Shown piece by piece: positions 14,351 to 26,364 of a stretch of 64,000 bases of DNA. Position 1 is the first letter of the stretch; the number at the start of each line of letters is the position of its first letter. Origin of the DNA: Heterodontus francisci (Eukaryota); assembly GCF_036365525.1 (NCBI RefSeq), contig NC_090404.1, positions 7,068,001-7,132,000 on the forward strand, read 5' to 3'. A program made the translations under genes and the position numbers. The notes beneath the pieces were generated by a model. That model made no database searches. It worked only from the letters and a program-made list of their open reading frames with translations, and was not told where the DNA came from.

Positions 14351-14911
14351 ACGTGCAGCATATGCGGAGAAGCTCCAGTGCGGTGAAGCAGCGCCCGTTT
14401 CATGTCAAGAATTAGGCTTTCACTGCCATCCACTGGCCAGAGATTGTCATTGCTCCCATTGGGAAAATGTCGATGTCAGTCACTGTTTCATGCAGCAATG
14501 TATCAAGAAACAAGTTGCAATGATGTACCAGCTCATCACCTTCTGTGGAAGGTACCAAAGGGTTTAAGGTGTAACTAATTCAAGATGAATGTGTCCGACT
14601 TGTGCATAGATTCTTCAGGAACAGAGTATAGTGGTTCAAATCCTGTGAATGTATTTTTGTTGCTCTTGGTTCAAGCTGACCAGGACACAGTGTGGAATCA
14701 TGGGAGCTTTAAAACCCACCTCAACAGAAAAGGGGTGGAGGAGAGATAATTGTTTCAGTTTGTCCCTGGGAAGATAGTGCCCTTTCAGCACTGCACCCAT
14801 CGGAAGCCTGGTTAATACACTCAGTTTCTGAAGCTGACGTGGAATCCATAATTTACTGATTCAGAATCAGAGTCAAGCCACTTTCGCCAAGCTGCTACTT
14901 AAATGTTTAAT

Positions 14912-17326
14912 AAAAGCAAAATAATGCGGATGCTTGAAATCTGAAATAAAAACATGAAATGCTGGAACAACTCAGCAGGTCTGGCAGCATCTGTGAAAAG
15001 AGAAGCAGAGTTAACGTTTCGGGTCAGTGACCCTTCTTCGGAACTGATATATAGAATATTAGAAAAGTCACAGGTTATAAGCAAGTGAGGTGGGGGTGGG
15101 GCAAGAGATAACAAAGGAGAAGGTGTAGATTGGACCAGGACACATAGCTGACCAAAAGGTCATGGAGCAAAGGGAAACAATGCAAATGGTGTGTTGAAAG
15201 ACAAAGCATTAGTACAGATTAGGTGTTAATGCACTGAATATTGAACAGCAGCAAGTGCAAACCTGAAAAAAAAACAGTGGGTAAGTAAACTGAACAAACT
15301 AAGATGAAATTAAATAAATGCAAAAAAAAGAATGTAAAAAATGTAAAAAAGAATGTAAAAAAAAAGAGAAGAAAATATAACTAAAAAAGAAAGTAAAATG
15401 GGAGGCTGTCATGGTCTGAAATTATTGAAGTCAATGTTCAGTCCGGCAGGCTGTAGTGTGCCTAATCGGTAGATGAGATGCTGTTCCACGAGCTTGTGTT
15501 GATGCTCACTGGAACACTGCAGCAATCCCAGGACAGAGATGTGAGCATGAGAGCAGGGGGGAGTGTTGAAATGGCAAACAACCGGAAGCTCAGGGTCCTG
15601 CTTGCGGACTGAGTGGAGATATTCCGCAAAGCGGTCACCCAGTCTGCGCTTAGTCCCCCCAATGTAAAGGAGAGCATACTGTGAGCAGCGAATACAGTAT
15701 ACTACATTGAAAGAAGTACAAGTAAATCGTTTCTTCACCTGGAAGGGGTGTTTGGAGCCTGGGATAGTGAGCAGAGAGGAGGTAAATGGGCAGGTATTTA
15801 CCTCCTGTGATTGCAGGGGAAGGTGCCATGGGACGGGGACGAGGTGGTGGGGGTAATGGAGGAGTGGACCAGGGTGTCGTGGAGGGAACGATCCCTTCGG
15901 AATGCTGACAGGGGAAGGGAGGGGAAGATGCGACAGATAGTGGCATCACGCTGGAGGTGGCAGAAATGGCGGAGGATGATCCTTTGGACATGGAGGCTGA
16001 TGGGTGGAAAGTAAGGACAAGGGGAACCCTGTCACGGTTCTGGGAGGGAGGGGAAGGGGTGAGGGTAGAGGTGTGGGGAATGGGCCGAACACCGTTGAGG
16101 ACCTTGTCAACCTTAGTGGGGGGAAATCCTCGGTTGAAGGAAAAGGAGGTCATATCAGAAGCACCGTCATAGAAGAGCAGATGCGTCGGAGACGGAGAAA
16201 CTGGGAGAATTGAATGGAGCCCTTCCAGGAGGTAGGGTGTGAAGAAGTGTCGTCGAGGTAGCTGTGGGAGTCGGTGGGCTTATAACGGATATTAGTAGAC
16301 AACCTATCCCCAGAGATGGAGACAGAGAAGTCGAGGAAGGGAAGGGAAGTGTCAGAGATGGACCATGTAAAGGTGAGAGAAGGGTGGAAATTGGAAGCAA
16401 AGTTGATACAGTTTCCCAGTTCAGGGCGGGAGCAGGAAACGGCACCGATAGTCATCAATGTACCGGAAAAAGAGTTGGGGGAGGGGGCCTGAGTAGGACT
16501 GGAACAAAGAATGCTCGACATATCCCACAAAAAGACAGGCATAACTAGGACCCGTGCGGGTACCCATAGCGACGCCTTTTACTTGAAGGAAGTGCGTGGA
16601 GTTGAAGGAGAAGTTGTTCAATGTGAGAACAAGTTCAGCCAGGTGGAGGAGGGTGGTGGTGGATGGGGACTGGTTGGGCCTCTGTTCCAGGAAGAAGCGG
16701 AGAGCCCTCAAACCATCCTGGTGGGGGATAGAGGTGTAGAGCGATTGGACGTCCATAGTGAAGAGGAGGCGGTTGGGACCAGGAAACTGGGAATTGTCAA
16801 AATGACATAGGACGTCAGAAGAGTCACGGATGTAGGTGGGAAGAGACTGGACCAGCGGAGAAAAGATAGAGTCTAGATAGGAAGAAATAAGTTCAGTGGG
16901 GCAGGAGCAGGCTGACACATTGGGTCTGCCGGGACAGTCCCGTTTGTGGATTTTGGGAAGGAGGTAGAAGCGGGCTGTCCAGGTTTGCGGGACTATGTGG
17001 TTGGAAGCTGTAGAGGGAAGATCTCCAGAGGAGATGAGGTCAGTGACAGTCCATTGGACGTTGGCCTGATGTTCGGTGGTGGGGTGATGGTCCAGAGGGA
17101 GGTAGGAAGAAGTGTCCGTGAATTGGCGTTGAGCTTCTGCAAGGTAGAGGTCGGTACGCCATGCAACAAAAGCATCACCCTTGTCTGCAGGTTTGATGAC
17201 CATGTCGGGGTTAGACCTGAGAGACCGGAGTGCCTCAAGTTCAGATGGGGACAGGGTAGAGTGAGTGAGGGGGGGGGGGGGGCAGAGAAATTGAGATGAC
17301 CAATGTCTCGCCGACAGTTTTCAATG
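14912..17326 (-). mobile_element. Penelope-like retroelement (RT + GIY-YIG), 5'-truncated and frameshifted
   Basis: IKPADKG, FYLLPKIHK, DVQSLYTSIP, GVAMGT, RYIDD, and VVYCIRC...YIG (GIY-YIG). 10-bp TSD AATGTTTAAT at 14902-14911 and 17327-17336. Confidence 0.92.
15009..15045 (-). ncRNA. Minimal hammerhead-like motif (identical copy)
   Basis: Exact reverse complement of 52893-52929. Confidence 0.65.
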
Positions 17327-18234
17327 AATGTTTAATGTGTTCAAGTGACATTTTATATCTGCATTGGTTAATACAGTTGCTGTTAAACTTCCGTATACTA
17401 ATATCACAAATAGCAACTTCAGGATTACAATTACAAAACTGTTGATTAATGCAACTGAAATTCGTTGAATCATTGAATCTGACTGGATAGAAGGAGGCCA
17501 TTCAGCCCATCGTGGCAGCTGTTTGAAAGAGATATCCAATCAGTTCCACTCTCCTGGTCTTTCTCCAAAGTCCTGACAATCTTTCCTTTTCCAGTAATTA
17601 TTCAATTCCCTTTTGAAAATTCCTAATTGAATGTGTTTGCACCAACCTTTCAGATAATTCATTCCAGCTCAAAACAAATCGCAGTATTAAAAAAAATCTC
17701 CTCTTCTTGCCCCTTATTCCTTTACCAATTGTTTTAAATCTGTGTCCTCCGGTTGCTGACATTCCTGCCAGTGGAAACAGTATCTCACTAACAACACTAT
17801 CAAAATCATTCATAATCCATGAGCTCAATTAATTCTCCCTTTAGGCCACTCTACTCTAACGGAAACGATCCCAGCTGTTGTAACCTCTCTGCAGAACTGA
17901 AGTCCCTCATCCCTCTTCCAATTCTATCAAACCCCCTCTGCACCCTCTCCAGCGGCCTTAAAATCCTCTCTGAAATGTGGATTGAAATAAATTCTGCCAT
18001 TATTTCACATTCATCTTATTTCTAAAGATACATTGGCCCTTAACATTGAGGTGTGTGGTAATCTGAGTATTATTAATATTGGTACCGATAATCTTACTTG
18101 CTTTGACACTGCAGACGGTGACTACATACTCAGCAACATCAACCTCTGCACCGTTGATGTTTCAATAAGATCACTGTTGTGAGCTGCTGATTGGACATTT
18201 CATTGATTTAAAGACTCTTTTTTAAATACAGTTG

Positions 18235-18970
18235 TTTATTTATTCATTCATGGGATGTGGGTGTCGCTGGCTCGACCAGCATTTATTTCCCATCCCTAAT
18301 TGTCTTTGAGAAGGTGATGGTGAGCTGCCTTCTTGAACAGCTGCAATCTTTGAGGTGTAGGTACACCCAGAGTGCTGTTAGGAAGGGAGTTTCAGGATTT
18401 TTACCCCGTGACAGTGATCGTGTTCCAAGTGAGGATGGTGTGTGGATTGGAGTGAACCTTGCGAGTGGTGGTGTTCCCATGCATCTGCTGCCCTTGCCCT
18501 TCTAGGTGATAGAGGTCGTGGGTTTGGAAGGTGCTGTCAAAGGAGCCTTGGTGAGTTGCTGCATTGCATCTTGTACACAGTATGCACTGCTGCCACTGTG
18601 CATCAGTGGTGAGTGAATGTTGAAGGAGGTGGTTGGGGTGCCAATCAAGCGGGTTGCTTTGTCCTGGATGGTGTCGAGCTTCTAGAGTGTTATTGGAGCT
18701 GTACCCATCCAGGCAAGTGGGGAGTATTCCATCACACTCCTGACTTGTCTCTTGTAGATGGTGGACAGGCATTGGGGAGACAGGAGGTGAGTTAATTGCT
18801 ACAGATTTTCCAGCCTCTAACCTGCTCCTGTAGCCACAGCATTTATGTGGCTGGTTAGTTTCTGGTCAATGGTGACCCCCAAGATGTTGATAGCCGGGGA
18901 TTCAGCGATGATAATGTCATTGAACTTCAAGGGTAGAAGGTTAGATACTCCCTTGTTTGATCTGGTCATT
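18235..18970 (-). mobile_element. 3' part of a second CR1/L2-like LINE family
   Basis: Shares VCTIYKMHCSN coding sequence and the cccacatcccatgaa tail with 57140-58075 and 58880-60940. Confidence 0.75.
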
Positions 18971-19269
18971 GTCTGTTATTGTTGTTGTAGACATGTCTCT
19001 CTTTATATTCCAGTAGGACCTCTGCTTGTTGTTCATAATGTAGAACATCTCTCTGTTTCTATTGCACAAGGCTCTGCCTCAGTTATTACTTGAGAAAATG
19101 CCTCTATTTATATTATATTCGGTCCTATCTTTGTTATTACTATGCTAGACGTCGATGTCTCTGATAATATTACATTCGGCTCACTCTCAATTACACTGTA
19201 ATAAACCTGATCTCTCTTTATATTGCACTGGACCTGCGTTGCACTCGATCCTGTATCTGTTTATATAAC

Positions 19270-19306
19270 AGTTCCGAAGAAGGGTCACTGACCCGAAACG
19301 TTAACT
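19270..19306 (+). ncRNA. Solo minimal hammerhead-like motif
   Basis: Identical 37-mer with essentially no other Penelope sequence around it. Confidence 0.6.
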
Positions 19307-20940
19307 CTTTTTTACATTTACCAAATAAATCAGATTTGTGTCAAACACACATTTGTTCAGTCCTTGATTTCTCCAGGACAGGAGGAAACTGATTGATGTC
19401 CTGTTAGCCACAGTTCCGTTTTTGGTCCTTTTCTGCTTTCTAACTCGACATCATTCAGTTCTTGTCGCTTCAGTTACTCTCATGTACAAGTCGCAGCGCC
19501 TCTTCCCTTCCAGACTGCCTCTCCAGCCTTGAGATCCAGGGAAGGTTATCAGTAACATGCCCGGGATCACTAAACACAAAAACTCACTCTGTAAATCACT
19601 TTCAGCTATTGGACCTAGCCAATGCCTCACAGCATCTCTCGCACCTTCGATGTGTGAATAGACCATCACGCCTGCATACTCGATTTAAATGTAAACTTAA
19701 ATCTTCCGAGCAAATGTATTCAACAACAGATGAACACTTCACATAACTGGCGAAATACTCAATTACTGTGATCTGCAATGCACTGGCTGAAAGGGTGGTG
19801 GAAGTAGATTCAATAAGTTTCCAAAGGGAATTGGATAAATAATTAAAAGGAAGAGTTTGCAGGGCTCTGGGGAAAGGCCAGGGGAGTGGGACTAATTGTC
19901 AACTCTTTCAAAGATGCTGCCGGCCCGACAATGCAGCTCTCTATTGACAGCAGACAGTCTGATGTCCAACTCCCCAAGAATAAAGATCCAAACTCTCTAA
20001 TAAATCAGCTTTATTTCAAACCATTTGCAGTAAGTTGGGTTCCAATTGCCCCGCTCCCCCGTTGCCTGGATACAAACACTGTGAACGGCAGTGCCCTCTA
20101 ATTATGGTCCCGAGACTGCGCTCCCTGTTTAAAGTGCTGTGGCACTGTCTCCCTGCGGTTCAATCCTCTGCTGTCCCCACACTCGCTTCCCTTCTTTCTG
20201 GAGATCTAACTGTTGTATAATTGCACCAGCAGTTAACAGGTACCTGTGAAATCCTCCATCTGCTGCTTTCATGCAGACATCAGCCAATTTATTTGAAGCA
20301 GGTTTTTATTAAATGAATTAACACCTGCCTAAAATGATCATCTCAGGTCTATCACACTAACATGTTAAAATGTTGTAGAATCATTACGAATCATTTTCAG
20401 ACTAGAAATTTGAACGTGCCGTTTCACTTTCAGTCAGGAACAGATCACAGTTTTACTCCAATCTCTGATTTGACAGCACATTTCCAGCATTCACCGTTGT
20501 TCATTTTGATTCTAAACACAGTTGTAAATGAGCATTCTGTTCCATGCCAAGGATCTCAGAAACATGGAAGAGAGCGGCTGGGGACACATTTCTGACACGT
20601 CTCAGCATTAACGCACACGGGGGCTTTGCTGTCAGTCGAGAGACGAGAAAGACCAAAGTGCCGTTTGTCTGTCTCACTGTGAGCCTAAAGGACTGTGGCC
20701 AGTAGAAGTTCTGTTCTTGCCGTACGATCCTTCCCCAGATTGTCATTTCTGAGATCCAGCCAGGTGATGTCAAACACTTAGGGGGGAAAGACAAAAACCT
20801 ACAACAGTGCTTTGAAAACAAAGCTGATTTATTTCATATTTATCCAGAATATTAAACCTCAGCGAAAAAATCACTGTCAAAATGAACATGGTTCAGTTCT
20901 AGGTGTGATTAACAGCAGCAATAACAGCAGAATCCAACCC

Positions 20941-21705
20941 TTACAGTCTCTTGTGAACTCGCTGGTGTGTTCGCAGGTGGGATGACTGAGTGAACCCCTT
21001 CCCACACACAAAGCAGGTGAATGGCCTCTCCCCAGTGTGAATTCGCTGGTGATTCAGTAGGTTGGATAAATGAGTGAATCCCTTCCCACACATGGAGCAG
21101 GTAAACGGCCTCTCCCGAGTGTGAATTCGTTGGTGTGTCAGCAGGTTGGATGACTGAGTGAATTTTGTATCACAGACGGAGCAGGTGAAGGGCCTCTCCC
21201 TGGTGTGAACTCGCTGTTGATTTAACAGGTTGGATGAACGCGTGAATCCCTTCCCACAAATCGAGCAGGTAAATGGCCTCTCCTGAGTGTCAACCTGCTG
21301 GTGTGTCAAAAGATTGCATGAACGGGTGAATCCCTTCCCACACACAGAGCTCATGAATGGTCTATGCCCCGTGTGAAGTTGCTGATGTATCAGAAGGCTG
21401 GATGAATTCATGAATCCCTTCACACACAGAGAGCAAGTGAAAGGTCTTTCCCCAGTGTGCGAATATTGGTGTGTCAGCAGATCCTTTTTCCTTTTAAAGC
21501 TCTTCTCACAGTCAGAACAATTAGAAAGTTCAGTGTTAGAGTGAACAAGTTGATGTGTTCGAAGGTGGGATGATTGGGTGAATCCCTTACCACAAACAGA
21601 GCAGGTCAACAGTCTCTCCCCAGTGTCACTTCTTCGATGAGAATCCAGCTGGGATGGGTAATTGAATCCCTTCCCACAGTCCCTGCATTTCTACGGTTTC
21701 TCCAT
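20941..21705 (-). pseudogene. C2H2 (Kruppel-type) tandem zinc-finger gene, probable pseudogene
   Basis: MEKP*KCRDCGKGFNYPSQL... (TAG at 21691-21693), then 8 CxxC-12-HxxxH repeats with TGERPF linkers. Three fingers have lost a Zn ligand. Further decayed fingers extend to about 21950. Confidence 0.85.
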
Positions 21706-22042
21706 GGTGTGGGTGCCCTTCTCCCGCTCCAGGTTGGATGAGAAGTTGAAGCCTCGTCCACACACGTGTGCAGTTTCTCCCCGATGTGAATGGTGGAGTG
21801 GTTTCTCAGTCTGTGCAACTGGTTAAAGCTCTTTCCACAGTCAATGCACTGGAACACTCTGACTCGGGTTTGTGTGTGTGAGTCGGTGCTTTTCCAGTCA
21901 CACTGATGTTTGAAATCTTTTCCCACAGACAGAACAAACAAACATTTCTCCTTCCACATTCAAAGGCCGATGACATTCAGACTAGATGAATTGAGTGACT
22001 GTCAGATCTTCACCTGAAGCTTGGCTTGAGTTTCCAGTCTGA

Positions 22043-23007
22043 AAATAGTAGTATATATAAATGATTTGGAGGAAAATTTAGCTGGTCTGATTAGTAAGTT
22101 TGCGGACGACACAAAGGTTGGTGGAGTTGCAGATAATGATGAGGATTGTCAGAGGATACCGCAGGATATAGATCGGTTGGAGACTTGGGCGGAGCTTTGG
22201 CAGATGGAGTTTAATCCGGACAAATGTGAGGTAATGCATTTTGGAAGGTCTAATGCAGGTGGGAGGTATACAGTAAATGGCAGAACCCTTAGGAGTATTG
22301 ACAGGCAGAGAGATATGGGCGTACAGGTCCACGGGTCACTGAAAGTGGCAACGCAGGTGGATAAGGTAGTGAAGAAGGCATTTGGCATGCTTGCCTTCAT
22401 CGGCCGGGGCACGGAGTATAAAAATTGGCAAGTCATGTTGCAGCTGTACAGAACCTTAGTCAGGCCACACTTAGAATATTGCGTGCAATTCTGGTCGCCA
22501 CACTACCAGAAGGACGTGGAGGCTTTGGAGAGGGTACAGAGGAGTTTTACCAGGATGTTTCCAGGTCTGGAGGGCATTAGCTATGAGGAGAGGTTGGAAA
22601 AACTGGGATTGTTTTCACTGGAACGACGGAGGTGGAGGGGCGACATGACAGAGGTTTACAAAGTTATGAGCGGCATGGACAGAGTGGATAGTCAGAAGCT
22701 TTTTCCCAGGGTGGAAGAGTCAGTTACTAGGGGACATAGGTTTAAGGTGAGAGGGGATGTGCGAGTCAAGTTCTTTACACAGAGTGTGGTGAGTGACTGG
22801 AACGTGTTGCCAGGGGAGGTGGTGGAAGCAGGTACCATAGAGACATTTAAGAGGCATTTTGACAAATTCATGAATAGGATGGGAAGAGAGGGATATGGGC
22901 CCCGCAATTCCTGAAGGTGTTAGTTTCGGCAGGCATCAAGATCGGCGCAGGCTTGGAGGGCCGAATGGCCTGTTCCTGTGCTGTACTGTTCTTTGTTTTT
23001 TTTGTTC
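22043..23007 (+). mobile_element. 5'-truncated CR1 inserted in the ZNF exon
   Basis: ORF 22066-22914 (SKFADD...LEYCVQFWSP) plus 3' tail. ZNF-associated sequence resumes on both sides. Confidence 0.9.
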
Positions 23008-23299
23008 AAATGCTCCTCTTCTAATACCCTGTAAAAGGAGTTTACAAATGTCATCACTGTCAGTACAGGATAGAAATTCAGAACGAACAATTCCAATTTC
23101 TATGGAACATTTTTTCCGCTCTTGCTCCCCCAAAGCTGTAAATTCCTGTCCCACACACTGTCCCTCCTCCCCGTGCAGAAAGCCAAACCCATCGCACCAT
23201 CTGCAACATTTCTTTCCTCCACTGCCAGTTTTCACTCTTCCTCGACTCTGGCTGGGTTCAGTTCCCCATCTCCGATGTGTGGAGTGAGAATCAAATCAA

Positions 23300-23730
23300 A
23301 CTTCGTGCTCACTGGGGCCCTGAAGCCCCGCCCCATTGTCTTGCGTCACCAGGATGGCCGCGCATGCCCGTGACCCCGCCCTGCCGAACATGGAGGCCTA
23401 TGGCCCCGCTCCCTGGGCCTGTCACTGCAAGTAAACATTGGGCCTGTGGCCTCTTATCGGGGCCTCACGCATGCCGTCCGGCGGAACACAGAGCGGTTTC
23501 CCCGGTGGACTTTATTCGGACCCAAAAATCCTTCAGCAACTTTCTGACCTCAGCGGTGGGTGGCAGGGGCGCGGCCTCCCCATAGTTTCTGTATCTCCCT
23601 GTACCACTTCCAGGGGCCTGCTCCAGAGCTGCAGCTTCAACTGGTGATGGAGCCGAGCCTCATCCGCACCAGCGCACCGGCCTCCTCAAACAGGCAACGG
23701 GCGGGTTCCACCCCGCGGAGCCTCTGGGGA
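23300..23730 (-). promoter_or_regulatory. GC/CpG-rich promoter and first-exon region of the zinc-finger gene
   Basis: GC boxes GCCCCGCCCC (about 23324) and ACCCCGCCC (about 23373), CGCATGC NRF1-like half-sites, and minus-strand donor-like sites. The acceptor ccttttacag at about 23030 leads into the ZNF exon. Confidence 0.55.
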
Positions 23731-24634
23731 AACACACTGTGTGTGTTATTGACTGTCAATAATTGGAGAATTCACTGATCCGACTGAGATGGAGCTGAAG
23801 CGAAATTAAATCAACTGAACGAAATACGAGAGCCTGCAGACATTAATGATTTGAATAAGGAAAGCAAACTGCCGCCCTCGCAGACAACATCAAATACAAA
23901 TTTTAATTTGAATTCGTCAATGATCCTTAAAGGGACAGTACTCTCTCTCTCTCTCTCTCTCTGTCTCTGTAGTTGGCTGTTAAAGGGATAGACCGAAGTA
24001 AAGGCAGAGTGTCTCTGCTTGCCTGTGTGATTCAGGAAGTTTGTTTTAAAAAAGTGTGCAGGAAACAATTCACTCAGTCAAGCACCAACATTTACACATT
24101 GATGAGACCAGCTCGTTCATTCTGGCAAACTGTTCGAAAAATGAGAAGAGCTTAAAAAGCAAAAATAATCTGCAGACACATCAATCCATTAACTCAAGGG
24201 ACAGACTGTTCACCTGCTCAGCATGAGGGAAATAAATTACTCATTTATCCGAAATGTTGAGACACTCGTGAGCTCACATGCGACTATCAGGGTCAGAATC
24301 TGCTATCAGTGCTTGCATTAATCTCACCCAGTTTGAATCGTCTTAATTCTGACAGTTAGGATGTGTTTCTGTTGATATTAATAACCCTCAACGAGGTAGT
24401 AGTTCAATATTATGCAGAGCTAATCAAAGGCGGAAGGGTCAGATAAAAATCCTGTGATTGTCTCCAATTAGTTTATTTTTACTTTTGTGAAATACTTCAC
24501 TCTTCAAAGGACTTTCTTCAAATACTGAAAGCTACCACAAATGGAGCAAAGCTCCATTAAACAACTGATCATAAACTGAAACGAAGCTCCTTCCAAGTGA
24601 ATCCATGATTTACTTGAACTTCTTTCAATTCAGT

Positions 24635-24862
24635 ATAGTGTATTCACTGCTCACACTGTGGTCTTCTCTACATTGGAGAGACCAAGCCCTGACTGGCTGA
24701 TTGCTTTGTGGAAAACTTCCGTTCAGTCTGCAGGTATAACTCTGAGCTTCCAGCCTCTTCCTCTGTTTCACTGGCTCAAACTGGTTCTGATAAAAGGACA
24801 CAGACCTGAAATGTTAACTGTTCCTCTCTACATTGTTGCTGCCAGACCTGCTGAGTATTGCA
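24635..24862 (+). mobile_element. Old Penelope remnant
   Basis: Decayed CGLLYIGETK coding piece and a terminal region with a degenerate hammerhead-like motif (about 24786-24820). Confidence 0.65.
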
Positions 24863-24939
24863 CCCCACAGAGACATCACACATTGCTTCCTCCCTGGGAC
24901 AGCTCAGGGTCAGACACTGAACATACTGCACCCCGTAAA

Positions 24940-26100
24940 ATAGCCCGCCCATTCCAGGTATTATTCTAGTAAACATTCTCTGAATTTCTTCCAATGCATT
25001 TACATCCTTCCTTAAATAAGGAGACCAACCCGTACACAGTACCCCAGACGTGGTCTCACCAATGCCATGTATAGCTGAAACATAACCTCCCTACATTTGT
25101 ATTCAATTCCCCTCGTGATAAACAATAACACATTCCATTAGCTTTCCTAATTATGTGTTGCACCGACATACTAACCTTTTGCGCTTCGTGCATTAGGACA
25201 CCCAGATCCCTCTGCATCTCAGAGCTCTGCAATCTCTCACTATTTAGATAAAAGGCTTCTTTGTTATTCTTCCTGCCAAAATGGACAACTTCACAATTTC
25301 CCACATCATACTCCATTTGTCAGGTCTTTGCCCACTCACTTAACCTATCTATATCGCTCTGTCGCCTCCTTATGTTCACTTCACAAGTTACCTTCCTACT
25401 TATCTTTATGTCATCAACAATCAGCAGTACCAGAATGTCTCATCTTTTCCTGATAGGTTTAATAATATTGGAAAGAGCGAAGCTATTGTCTTCGGTCCGT
25501 GCCACAACCTCCACTGCCTAACCACGGACTCCATCCCTTTCCTGTCAATTGTCTGATGCGATACCAAACGGCTCATAACCTTGGTGTCATATCTGACCCC
25601 AAGATGAGCTTCCAACAGCATATCGGCAGCATAATTCAAACCACCTATTTCCATCTCAGTCACATAAGAACTTGTAAATAAGAGCCAATGTAGGCCATTC
25701 AGCCCCTCGAGCCTTCTCTGCATTCAATATGATCAAGGCTGATCTGATTGTGGCTTTGACTCCACTTTCCTGCCTGCCGTCCCCATAACGCTGGTCAACC
25801 AAAATCTGTTTAACTCAGCCTTGACTATATTCAATGACCAGCCTCCACAACTTGCTGGGGAAGGGACAAACACAAACGACCCTCTGAGAGAAACAAATTC
25901 TTCCTCATCTCCCTCTTTAAATAGGAGACCCCTTAATTTGAAACTGTGTCCCTTACTTCTAGATTCCCCCATAAGGGGAAGCATCCTCCCAGCATCTATC
26001 CTGTCAAACCCCCTTCAAATAACAGACATTCCAATTAGATCACCTCTCAGTTGTCTAAACTACAATGAATATAAGCCAAACATGTTCCCCTATTCCTCAT
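24940..26100 (-). mobile_element. CR1 fragments and other old LINE debris
   Basis: CEVVHFGRKN and RDLGV motifs, with a CR1 3' tail at about 25665. Confidence 0.75.
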
Positions 26101-26105
26101 AAAAC

Positions 26106-26185
26106 TAATGGAGACAATCCATGCACGTGTTCTGTGTGTGGACGAGGTTTCAGCCGATGGTGTGGCCTGTTGAGCCACAAGCAAA
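26106..26185 (+). pseudogene. Single C2H2 finger fragment
   Basis: GDNPCTCSVCGRGFSRWCGLLSHKQ, lying between CR1 pieces. Confidence 0.6.
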
Positions 26186-26364
26186 GGACAAATCCCTCGC
26201 CTTCTGACTTCGCCGCTGCGTCAGCTCAACTTCATCTGAAACTTACATCAATGCATTTATTATCTTTTAGCTCGACTATTCTACCACACTCCTCACTAGC
26301 CTGCCACATTCAACTCTCCATAAGAGTAGGATGCAGTCGGGACCAAAGTCGCAAGCTGTGAGTG

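Noticed and set aside
14686-14720. CACAGTG near the outer end of the inverted arm (also 1460 on the - strand, 4586, 49511, 51057) as RSS or RAG-transposon ends
   Set aside because: No nonamer at 12 or 23 spacing, and the motif is internal to the homology rather than terminal.
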